Of a stretch of 64,000 nt of DNA, positions 1 through 7,491 are shown piece by piece. The notes under the pieces are model-generated. The model was given only the letters and a program-made list of their open reading frames with translations, had not been told where the DNA came from and ran no database searches. Position numbers and translations under genes: made by a program. Numbering within the stretch: position 1 is the stretch's first letter; every line of letters begins with the position of its first letter. This DNA comes from Candidatus Latescibacterota bacterium (lineage in GTDB: Bacteria > Latescibacterota > UBA2968 > GCA-2709665): positions 2,336,001-2,400,000 of the forward strand of contig OZ244744.1 in assembly GCA_965219455.1 (NCBI GenBank), given 5' to 3'.

Positions 1-1032
1 CACCCCGACGGTCGTGTCTCAGGCGGCCCGATGTATTACCTGGAAAACGGCCTCAAATTAAAGGGCATGCGGCAATTCGGCCGCACCCTGGCCGTGATGT
101 TCGCCTTTCTGACCGTGGGCGGAAGCCTCGGCGGCGGCAACATGTTTCAGGCCAATCAGACGCTGGAAATACTGGGTACCGTTTCGCCGGTCTTCAAGAC
201 CTACAACTGGTTGGTCGGCATCCTGCTCGCCGTTATGGTCGCCGTCGTGATTGTCGGCGGCATCCGGCGAATCGGCCGCGTCACGTCCCGGGTGGTGCCC
301 ACAATGTGCCTGTTGTACGTGGCAACCTGCCTTCTGATTATCGTTTCCAACTTTACCCGGATTCCGGAATTGCTGGGCACCATCTTCAGCCAGGCCTTTT
401 CGCCGCAGGCGCTCTATGGCGGCTTCGTGGGTGTGATGGTAACCGGCATCAAACGCGCCGCCTTCTCGAACGAGGCCGGCCTCGGATCCGCTGCGTTCGC
501 GCACGCCGCCGCCAAAACCGACGAACCCGCCCGGGAGGGCATGGTGGCCATGATCGGACCCTTTATTGACACAGTCATCATCTGCCTGATGACGGGCCTT
601 GTCTGTCTGATCACGGGCGTCTACGCAGACCCTCAATTCCTCGGCCAGGCCCAGCAGGGTCAACCGGTCGGCGCCGCGATGACAGCCGCGGCTTTCGAAA
701 CCTTCATTCCCGGCGCCCGCCATGTACTCGCAATCGCCGTCGTGCTCTTTGCCTATTCCACCATGATATCCTGGTCCTATTACGGCGAGCGTGCCTGGGA
801 GTATCTTTTCGGAGAGGGGACGATCCTTGCGTACCGCGTTATCTTCGTCGTTTTTGTCTTCCTGGGCGCCGTTACCGCCCTGGACAACGTGCTCAGCTTC
901 ACGGACATGATGATCCTTGGAATGGCCTTCCCCAACATCATCGGCGGCGTGATCCTGAGCCCACAGATCAAAGCCACCCTCAACGAATACTGGAACCGCC
1001 TGAAGTCCGGCCAGATGACCATGTACAAGTAA
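1..1032 (+). CDS. Alanine/glycine:cation symporter (AGCS family), 5' end outside window
   Basis: Frame open from base 1 (HPDGRVSGGPMYY). AGCS motifs GGPMYY, GGGNMFQAN, FSNEAGLGS, PFIDT, STMISWSYYG and MAFPN; hydrophobic helices. Confidence 0.93.
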   Translation, partial: HPDGRVSGGPMYYLENGLKLKGMRQFGRTLAVMFAFLTVGGSLGGGNMFQANQTLEILGTVSPVFKTYNWLVGILLAVMVAVVIVGGIRRIGRVTSRVVPTMCLLYVATCLLIIVSNFTRIPELLGTIFSQAFSPQALYGGFVGVMVTGIKRAAFSNEAGLGSAAFAHAAAKTDEPAREGMVAMIGPFIDTVIICLMTGLVCLITGVYADPQFLGQAQQGQPVGAAMTAAAFETFIPGARHVLAIAVVLFAYSTMISWSYYGERAWEYLFGEGTILAYRVIFVVFVFLGAVTALDNVLSFTDMMILGMAFPNIIGGVILSPQIKATLNEYWNRLKSGQMTMYK

Positions 1033-1051
1033 CCGAAACCGAAAACAGCCG

Positions 1052-1094
1052 AAATAAAGGGGCGCTGCAATTTCGCAGCGCCCCTCTTTTATTT
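1052..1094. terminator. Intrinsic terminator, probably bidirectional
   Basis: AGGGGCGCTGC-aatttc-GCAGCGCCCCT hairpin with A- and T-rich flanks, about 20 bp after the stop codon. Confidence 0.8.
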
Positions 1095-1159
1095 AAGGGC
1101 ATCACCTTTTTGCGAGTAACAACACCGGGATCTCGCGTTTCGCTACCTGCGAAATAGAA

Positions 1160-1431
1160 TCTCCTCCACCCCCATAACGTCCCCTATTCCCTTGCCCTTT
1201 TTCTTTCTCGCCAAAGAAAAAGGGCCAAAAAGAACGGCGCCGCTCGGCGCGGGGCCGGTTTTTCCACGAATCCCCTCAGTGGCATAGACGGGTGACTGTG
1301 CCCTGCGTACAAATCCGACCCCGCGATGCTTCTATGCAGGACGGAATAACGTGGAAAAACCCCCCGCTCCTCCACCGGAAGGTCGTGAGGTAGACCTGGA
1401 AGGACGGCCGCCTCGATTTGCATTCGAACCG
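1160..1431 (+). repeat. Structured dispersed element, subtype A (copy A1)
   Basis: A/T-tract hairpin, then CAAAAAGAACGGCGCCGCTCGGCGCGGGGCC, then a stem enclosing conserved boxes. Homologous to copies at ~30150, ~40075, ~60653 and ~62337. Ends approximate. Confidence 0.85.
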
Positions 1432-1471
1432 CCGATCGCCGATAGATTTCGCCAGGCCATATCGCTCGCTC

Positions 1472-1714
1472 TCAGATATCCATTCGGTTATCGAACGCGA
1501 CGTCTCCCGCGAGCACTCCCAGAGCAGAGCGCGCTATTCCGTTCCCCAGCGAACTCCGATATCCACCTTCGCTTGCAGGGCAGTGCATTACGTGCGTCCC
1601 CTGAGGGTATTCGCGCTGTGCATTTGGCAGGCCCCGCGCCCAGCGGCGACTTTTGGTTCCTTTTGGTCGCTTCAAAAGGAACACGCCGTAGGCAGGGAAT
1701 TTGGAGAAAGGTGG
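1472..1714 (-). repeat. Structured dispersed element, subtype B (copy B1), tail-to-tail with A1
   Basis: Reverse complement matches GTTCCTTTTG-N7-CAAAAGGAACCAAAAGTCGCCGCT.GGCGCGGGGCC copies at ~52981, ~58898, ~60280 and ~61903. Confidence 0.85.
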
Positions 1715-1815
1715 TTCTTAAATTTGGTTTTGATCCTTCATTGTCCTTCCCCGCCGGAGGCGTGGAGCCGGGGGGAGAGGTCTCGCCTTAAGCTGAAAGC
1801 TGATAGCTAATTCCG

Positions 1816-2790
1816 CTATACTTCCGCAACGGATACCGGTTCGCCCGTCTCGAGCGAACGGTTCACCGCCACAACCACCTGCTGGGTTTTCACGGCATCC
1901 GAGTACGGACATCGCAGCTTCGATCCATCACCGGTGCGCACCGCCTCAATAAACGCGTTATCCATTTCCTGCCAGTAGTCGTTGCCGACCTCGATATACT
2001 CGGACCGATCCCCCTGCACAACTGTAATGGACTTTCTCTCTCTATACTCAATAGCCATATCCTTCGTGTAGATATCCAGCCCGCCGCGATGCCCACACGA
2101 TAGGAAACACGCTGAAAAAATCGTCGCCAGCGTTCCGTTCTCGAAAATCAACGTGGCCGCACTCGCGTCTTCAATATCGTAATCCTCCACGTCCGTTATC
2201 AACCCCGTACGGCCCCCGGCATACACCGTTTTCACGTCGCCGAACAAATACCTGGCCATATCCGTCACGTGAACCGTCTGCTCGACGGCCTGCCCGCCGG
2301 ACATCTGCTTCCGCCGCCACCAGTACGTGCCCGGCAGCCCGCCCATCCAATACCCGATGGCCAGCCCAACCGGGCGGCTTGCAAGCAGACCCTGCGTCTT
2401 TTCGATAATGTCCAGGTACCGACCCTGGAAGCCCACGCAAGAGATCACGCCGTGTTCCCGAATGGCCGCGTCCGCTTCCCGCGCCGTATCCATGTGAAGG
2501 GCGATCGGCTTCTCCACAAACAGCGCGATCCCCTTTTCCGCGGCCAGTATTTCCTGCGTCTCGTGCGCAAAGGGAGGGATGCAGATATATACCGCATCCA
2601 ACGCCACTTCGTTCAACATGGACCTGTAGTCCGTAAATACCCTGGCATCCCATTCCGCCGCCGCATCGGCGGCCTTCGCCTCATCCACGTCGCAAATGGC
2701 CACCACCGTCGCGTCATCGTTGTGCTTCAAATGCCGGCGATGCGCACGTGAGATATTCCCCGCGCCTATAAAACCGACTTTCACCGTCAT
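1816..2790 (-). CDS. Gfo/Idh/MocA family oxidoreductase
   Basis: MTVKVGFIGAGNI Rossmann motif, FVEKP, GGQAVEQTVHVTD. Start trimmed to ATG 2790. Confidence 0.92.
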   Translation of the reverse strand: MTVKVGFIGAGNISRAHRRHLKHNDDATVVAICDVDEAKAADAAAEWDARVFTDYRSMLNEVALDAVYICIPPFAHETQEILAAEKGIALFVEKPIALHMDTAREADAAIREHGVISCVGFQGRYLDIIEKTQGLLASRPVGLAIGYWMGGLPGTYWWRRKQMSGGQAVEQTVHVTDMARYLFGDVKTVYAGGRTGLITDVEDYDIEDASAATLIFENGTLATIFSACFLSCGHRGGLDIYTKDMAIEYRERKSITVVQGDRSEYIEVGNDYWQEMDNAFIEAVRTGDGSKLRCPYSDAVKTQQVVVAVNRSLETGEPVSVAEV

Positions 2791-2826
2791 CCGCAGATCC
2801 TCTACAGAAAACGAACCCTGCCGCAA

Positions 2827-2883
2827 GTGTCCCGTCCCAGAAACATATTACCATTCAGGCAATCTATTTCCGGGACAGAACAC
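2827..2883. mobile_element. 57-bp palindromic mini-element (GTGTYCYGTCCCAGAAA...TTTCNGKGACAGAACAC)
   Basis: Imperfect 17-bp terminal inverted repeats. Further copies at 5698-5753 and 28355-28464. Confidence 0.7.
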
Positions 2884-2899
2884 GAGGACCGTCCGGCTT

Positions 2900-5674
2900 C
2901 TATTTCAACTCTTCCTTCAGCGCCCTGATCGTCTCCTCCAGCGCTTTCATCTCCTTTCCCGCCTGCTCCCAGTCCCACTGCTGAAACGCCGAACGCACGC
3001 GGGAATAGTGCGCGTCCGCTTTCGCCGCCAGTTCGGCCGCCGAACGGCCTGTCTGCAAGGCAACGGAAGACGCCGGCGTTTCCTCCTCACTTGCGGCCAT
3101 GGCGATGCCGGATCCCCCGCCGAACAGGACGGTCAGCGCCTCATCGAACGTTTTCCGCATCACCACCCGTCCACCGAAAGCGACAATCACCTGCTTCAAC
3201 TCCGGAATCGCCGAACTGCGTTCCTGCTGGCGCCTCGGCGGGGGCTGGCCCCCGGGTATGCCTTCCTCCTGCCCGTACCCCTGCTGTTCGGGCTCCTGCC
3301 TCGCTTGCAGATAGATGGGTTCGACATAGATGAACGACCGCTCCACCGGAATGGCCAGGAGGTTCCCCCGGATCACCTCCGACCCCCGCTGCCCCCACAA
3401 CGTCAACTGGCTGGAGATCTCCGGCTGCTGGTCCACCCGGGCCTCGATCTGCATCGGGCCGTAGATCAGCTTGTCTTTGGGCAGTTTGTACACCAGCAGA
3501 TGCCCGTAGTTTTCTCCGTCCGACCGCGCGGCGAGCCACGCAATCATATTGTCTCTCTTTGCCGGGGTAAACGGCACCATCAGCAGAAACTCCTCCCGGT
3601 CCTCTCCCGGCAGCTTGACGATAATATAGTAAGGCAGCATCGGCTGTGGCTGGTCGCTGTAGATCTCGTTGGGGACCTCCCAGAGATCCTCCTGGTTGAA
3701 AAAGACGTTGACGTCTTCCATATGGTAATTCCGGTACATAACCGCCTGTCGGAAAAACAGGTCGATCGGATACCTCACGTGCGCCTTCAAATCTTCCGGC
3801 ATGGCGGACATCGGCTGGAACAGTCCCGGAAACATCTCGCCGTAGGATCGAATCAGCGGGTCTTCCGTATCCACCTGGTAGAACGTGACCGTGCCGTTGT
3901 AGGCATCGACCACCACCTTCACCGAGTTCCTGATATAGTTGATCCGCATCCGCCCCGAGCGCGTCGAGTACGGATACATATCCGAAATCGTGTACGCGTC
4001 CTGAATCCAGAAAAGCCTTCCTTCGGAAGCCACGATATAGGGATCGGTATCGTACAGGAGAAATGGAACCAGCGTCTGAACCCGCTCCCGAATCTGCCGG
4101 CGGAACATGATGCGGCTTTCGGGCGATATGTAACCGCTCAACAGAAGGCTGACGTCCCAGAATCGAAAGGCAAACGCCAACCGATTGAAGAAGCTGCCCG
4201 TGGGCACGCCGCCCAGTCCCTCATACGTCGAATACCGGTTATCGTCTCCCTTCGGGTAGTCGAATTCCTCAATCCCCGTCTTTACCACCACGTAAGCGTA
4301 TGTTCTCTCTCCGTAATAAATCTCGGGCTGCTCGATCTCCAGCCCCGAATCCGCAATCGGCGGGATATCCTTTACCATAAACGCCGGCAGACCCTCGGAG
4401 GTCACGTGGTTGACCGGGCTCATTGCCACCCCGTATCCGTGGGTATACTGAAGGCGCTCGTTGACCCAGTTCCTCGCCTGGTCCGGCAAACGGTTGGTAT
4501 CCAGTTCCCGGGCGGACAACATCACCTGCCGGTAAACGCCATCCACCGTGTATCGATCCACGTCCACATTCGGAAATACGTAGTACGGCCGAATCTCCTG
4601 CACCTGCTGGTAAGTCTGTTTCAGGGGGCGCTCATCCCAGATCCGGATATTGCGCATCGTCAGCGGATTGGCGCGAATATCCTCCAGCGTCAGGTCTTCC
4701 GAAGCTTCAAAAGGCTGTTCGACGATTCGATCCAGCCCGTATGCCCGATTGGTCGCCTCGATATTATATTTGATATACGGACCTTCCCTGCGAAGTTCAC
4801 TCGGCTCCACCACCAGTTTCTGGACCAGGGTGGAGGGGACCGCCCCCACGACGATTGTGCCGACGACCAGAACGCCGATACCCTTGAGCGGCAACCGGGT
4901 GTTGCGCGCTCTGAAGTTAAGAAACAGAAAGACCGCCGTCGCCAGGAAAACAATCACCATCACCCAGTAAGCCCAGATCTGGACGTTGACATCCACGTAA
5001 CCGGCTCCGAAAAACCGTCCCTGCGAATACAGCAAGCCGAATATTTTAAGCCGGTACTTCCAGGCCAGCGCCAGAAGAAACACCCCGCCCAGGGCCGACA
5101 GATGAGCCATGGGCCGTTCCTTCACCTCGAGACCCTCCCGGATTCCAATACCGCCCGCCGCCACGTATACCACCACCACCACCAGCGTCGCCAGCACCAG
5201 CGCCGCAATCAGAAACCCGGACAGAAAATCGTAAAACGGGAGCAGGAATACATAAAACCCCACCTCCCGATTGAAAATCGGGTCCGCGGCCCCGAACGGC
5301 TGTTCGTAGATGTACCGCAATAGAACCGGCCACTGGCTTGCGCCGATGTTGCCCAGGATAAACACCAAAACGCCCGCGATTAACACATAGGTTTTCCTGG
5401 ACTGCAACACGCCAGCGGGTACGCCGTCAAGCTGCAATGCATGCCGCGTAACCCGTCCGGCAATCCACAGGTTCACCCCCACCACGACCGCCGCAATCGC
5501 TCCGAAAATCATACCCGACCCGAAGCGGGCGCGAACGATACGCCAGAACACCGAATCGTACTCCAGACTCCTGAACCATAGCCAATCCGTATAGTACGAC
5601 ACCAGAAAACTGATTCCGAAAAACCCGCCAACCAGCACGGCAAGAATAACCCACCCCTTCGGACGCCGATCCAT
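2900..5674 (-). CDS. UPF0182 family membrane protein
   Basis: YTDWLWF, DPIF.R.VGFYVF.LP, DVDRY, RLQYTHGYG, NYIRNSVKVVVDAY.G, YGPMQIE and GNLL motifs. RBS AAGGAG before ATG 5674. Confidence 0.95.
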   Translation of the reverse strand: MDRRPKGWVILAVLVGGFFGISFLVSYYTDWLWFRSLEYDSVFWRIVRARFGSGMIFGAIAAVVVGVNLWIAGRVTRHALQLDGVPAGVLQSRKTYVLIAGVLVFILGNIGASQWPVLLRYIYEQPFGAADPIFNREVGFYVFLLPFYDFLSGFLIAALVLATLVVVVVYVAAGGIGIREGLEVKERPMAHLSALGGVFLLALAWKYRLKIFGLLYSQGRFFGAGYVDVNVQIWAYWVMVIVFLATAVFLFLNFRARNTRLPLKGIGVLVVGTIVVGAVPSTLVQKLVVEPSELRREGPYIKYNIEATNRAYGLDRIVEQPFEASEDLTLEDIRANPLTMRNIRIWDERPLKQTYQQVQEIRPYYVFPNVDVDRYTVDGVYRQVMLSARELDTNRLPDQARNWVNERLQYTHGYGVAMSPVNHVTSEGLPAFMVKDIPPIADSGLEIEQPEIYYGERTYAYVVVKTGIEEFDYPKGDDNRYSTYEGLGGVPTGSFFNRLAFAFRFWDVSLLLSGYISPESRIMFRRQIRERVQTLVPFLLYDTDPYIVASEGRLFWIQDAYTISDMYPYSTRSGRMRINYIRNSVKVVVDAYNGTVTFYQVDTEDPLIRSYGEMFPGLFQPMSAMPEDLKAHVRYPIDLFFRQAVMYRNYHMEDVNVFFNQEDLWEVPNEIYSDQPQPMLPYYIIVKLPGEDREEFLLMVPFTPAKRDNMIAWLAARSDGENYGHLLVYKLPKDKLIYGPMQIEARVDQQPEISSQLTLWGQRGSEVIRGNLLAIPVERSFIYVEPIYLQARQEPEQQGYGQEEGIPGGQPPPRRQQERSSAIPELKQVIVAFGGRVVMRKTFDEALTVLFGGGSGIAMAASEEETPASSVALQTGRSAAELAAKADAHYSRVRSAFQQWDWEQAGKEMKALEETIRALKEELK

Positions 5675-5697
5675 GATTTCTCCTTTGCCGATAACTG

Positions 5698-5753
5698 GTG
5701 TTCCGTCCCAGAAATATGTCACCACTCGGCAATCTATTTCAGTGACAGAACAC
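5698..5753. mobile_element. 56-bp palindromic mini-element, second copy
   Basis: Near-identical to 2827-2883. Confidence 0.7.
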
Positions 5754-6052
5754 GCGACGAAATGATGAATTCGTCTACAAGTAAACAAAAAAACTGCTCT
5801 CTGTCAGTAAAAAAACAGTCTGCCGCGACCCGCCGTCGGCCTGCCTGCCCTACAGACACCCTGCAGACGAACCGCCCGCGAGCCCATCCGTCCCCCCTCG
5901 CAGCAGGTTCGGGAGCGTGTATGCACGCGGGATATCGGACCTGCGCCGACCATAGCACCACGCCAAATCGTTGACATCCGTTGCGGGCTTTAACTTAATT
6001 GTTCCTGTCCGTCCGTATGTTTCCGTGACCCGTCTTGAACCTGGAGTACGCC

Positions 6053-6841
6053 ATGTCGGAATTTCAGAATAAAGTCGTCATTGTCACCGGCGGAGCCAAA
6101 GGCATCGGCAGCGGGATCTGCCGGGCTTTTTCCCGGGACGGCGCCCATGTACTCTGCGCCGACGTGGACGTTAAAGCCGGTGAACGCCTGGCAGCGGAAA
6201 GCGGTTCTCTTTCCGGACAAATCCGCTTCCAGGAGGCCGACGTGGCGCAAAACGACGCCTGTCGATCGCTCGCTCGGACCGCCGTTTCCGAATGGGGCGG
6301 CGTGGACATTCTCTGCAACAACGTCGGCGTCCAGCCCACCAGCAGCTACGTGCCCGCTCATGAACTGTCCGAAGAAGCGTGGGACTACATCCTGAACGTC
6401 AACCTGAAAAGTGCCTTTCTGATGATCCGACACTGCGTACCCGAAATGATTAAACGCGGAGGCGGCGTGATCATAAACACGGCCAGCGTCCAGGGTCTGC
6501 AATCCACGAAAGGCGTCTGCGCCTACGCGGCCAGCAAGGGCGGCATCCTCTCGCTGACGCGACAACTCGCCCTGGAATACGCTGGAGACAACGTGCGCGT
6601 GCTGGCCGTAAGCCCCGGCACCATCGATACCCCGCTGGTCGACGAAGCCCTGCAGGCCATGGGTGGCAATGAGACGGAACACAGGGAACGGATGAGCCGG
6701 TCCCATCCCATCGGCCGGATCGGAACACCCGACGACATCGCGCAGGCCGTGCTGTTCCTCGCCAGCGAGAAAGCCTCGTTCATGACCGGCGAAAACGTCT
6801 GCGTGGACGGCGGGATGATGGCAAAAGGCGCGTGGAGCTGA
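6053..6841 (+). CDS. SDR family NAD(P)-dependent oxidoreductase
   Basis: TGGAKGIG, NNVG, YAASKGG and PGTIDT motifs. GGAG RBS before ATG 6053. Confidence 0.93.
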   Translation: MSEFQNKVVIVTGGAKGIGSGICRAFSRDGAHVLCADVDVKAGERLAAESGSLSGQIRFQEADVAQNDACRSLARTAVSEWGGVDILCNNVGVQPTSSYVPAHELSEEAWDYILNVNLKSAFLMIRHCVPEMIKRGGGVIINTASVQGLQSTKGVCAYAASKGGILSLTRQLALEYAGDNVRVLAVSPGTIDTPLVDEALQAMGGNETEHRERMSRSHPIGRIGTPDDIAQAVLFLASEKASFMTGENVCVDGGMMAKGAWS

Positions 6842-6871
6842 TCGCACGAATCCCAGGCCACAACCGCATCT

Positions 6872-7354
6872 ATGGACTTCCATCCGTTTATCGTCCACTT
6901 CCCCGTCGCCCTGCTCACCGTCGGCTTCGTCTGCGACGCCGCCGGCATTCTGTTCCGCAGGGATCAGCTCCTCCGCACCGGCTATCTCCTTCTGGTTCTG
7001 GGCGCCGTCTCCGCAATTGCGGCCTCAATGACCGGGAACGCGGCCGAGGATACGGCCGCCGAAATCCCCGGCATTGCCGCTGCGCTTGAACAGCACGAAT
7101 CCATCTCCACCGCCGCCACGTGGCTGGCCATCGCGCTTGCCCTCGTCCGCACCCACCTCGCCGTCAAGAGAAAGTTCGCCGGAACGGTGCGTTTCGTCTA
7201 TCTGGCCGGTGTGGCGGCAACGGCAGTTCTCGTTGCGCTCAGCGGATATACGGGGGGTCGAATGACATACGAATACGGGCCGGGCATCCGGCCTGTGCTG
7301 GAATCCCTCGGCCCCGCCCTGCCGCTTCCAGGCGAAGACACGACGACGCCTTAA
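6872..7354 (+). CDS. DUF2231-type membrane protein
   Basis: HPFIVHFPVAL N-terminus, conserved mid-protein His (LEQHE), GYTGGRMTYEYG, four hydrophobic segments. Confidence 0.82.
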   Translation: MDFHPFIVHFPVALLTVGFVCDAAGILFRRDQLLRTGYLLLVLGAVSAIAASMTGNAAEDTAAEIPGIAAALEQHESISTAATWLAIALALVRTHLAVKRKFAGTVRFVYLAGVAATAVLVALSGYTGGRMTYEYGPGIRPVLESLGPALPLPGEDTTTP

Positions 7355-7491
7355 TGTCGTTCTTGATCGGGGAACCGTTGTACCGTACCTTTCCAGGGAA
7401 AGGCATACGTACGTCTATGCCGTTTCCGGCGCCGTTTCTTCCCGCGAACCGCGATACCTTTACATGATGTCGTTCGGAAAGGTCAGGCAGA

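Noticed and set aside
1283-1334. Diversity-generating retroelement TR/VR pairs as the cause of the variable windows
   Set aside because: Substitutions are not restricted to adenines, and there is no reverse transcriptase in the window.
1184-1810. Small proteins encoded by the A/B elements (also ORFs at 30124, 40106, 52938-53299, 58868-59214, 60233-60604, 61850 and 62332)
   Set aside because: Frames, starts and stops differ among copies (a stop in A1, a 1-nt deletion in A2) and there is no consistent RBS. Conservation is at the nucleotide and structure level.
2696-5323. Long antisense ORFs (875 aa here; also 25074-26276, 28355-29740, 31166-32608 and 9806-10990)
   Set aside because: They are shadows of well-supported genes on the opposite strand in GC-rich DNA and show no recognisable motifs.
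5971-6000. Sigma70 promoter for the SDR gene (TTGACA)
   Set aside because: No convincing -10 hexamer at 16-18 bp spacing.
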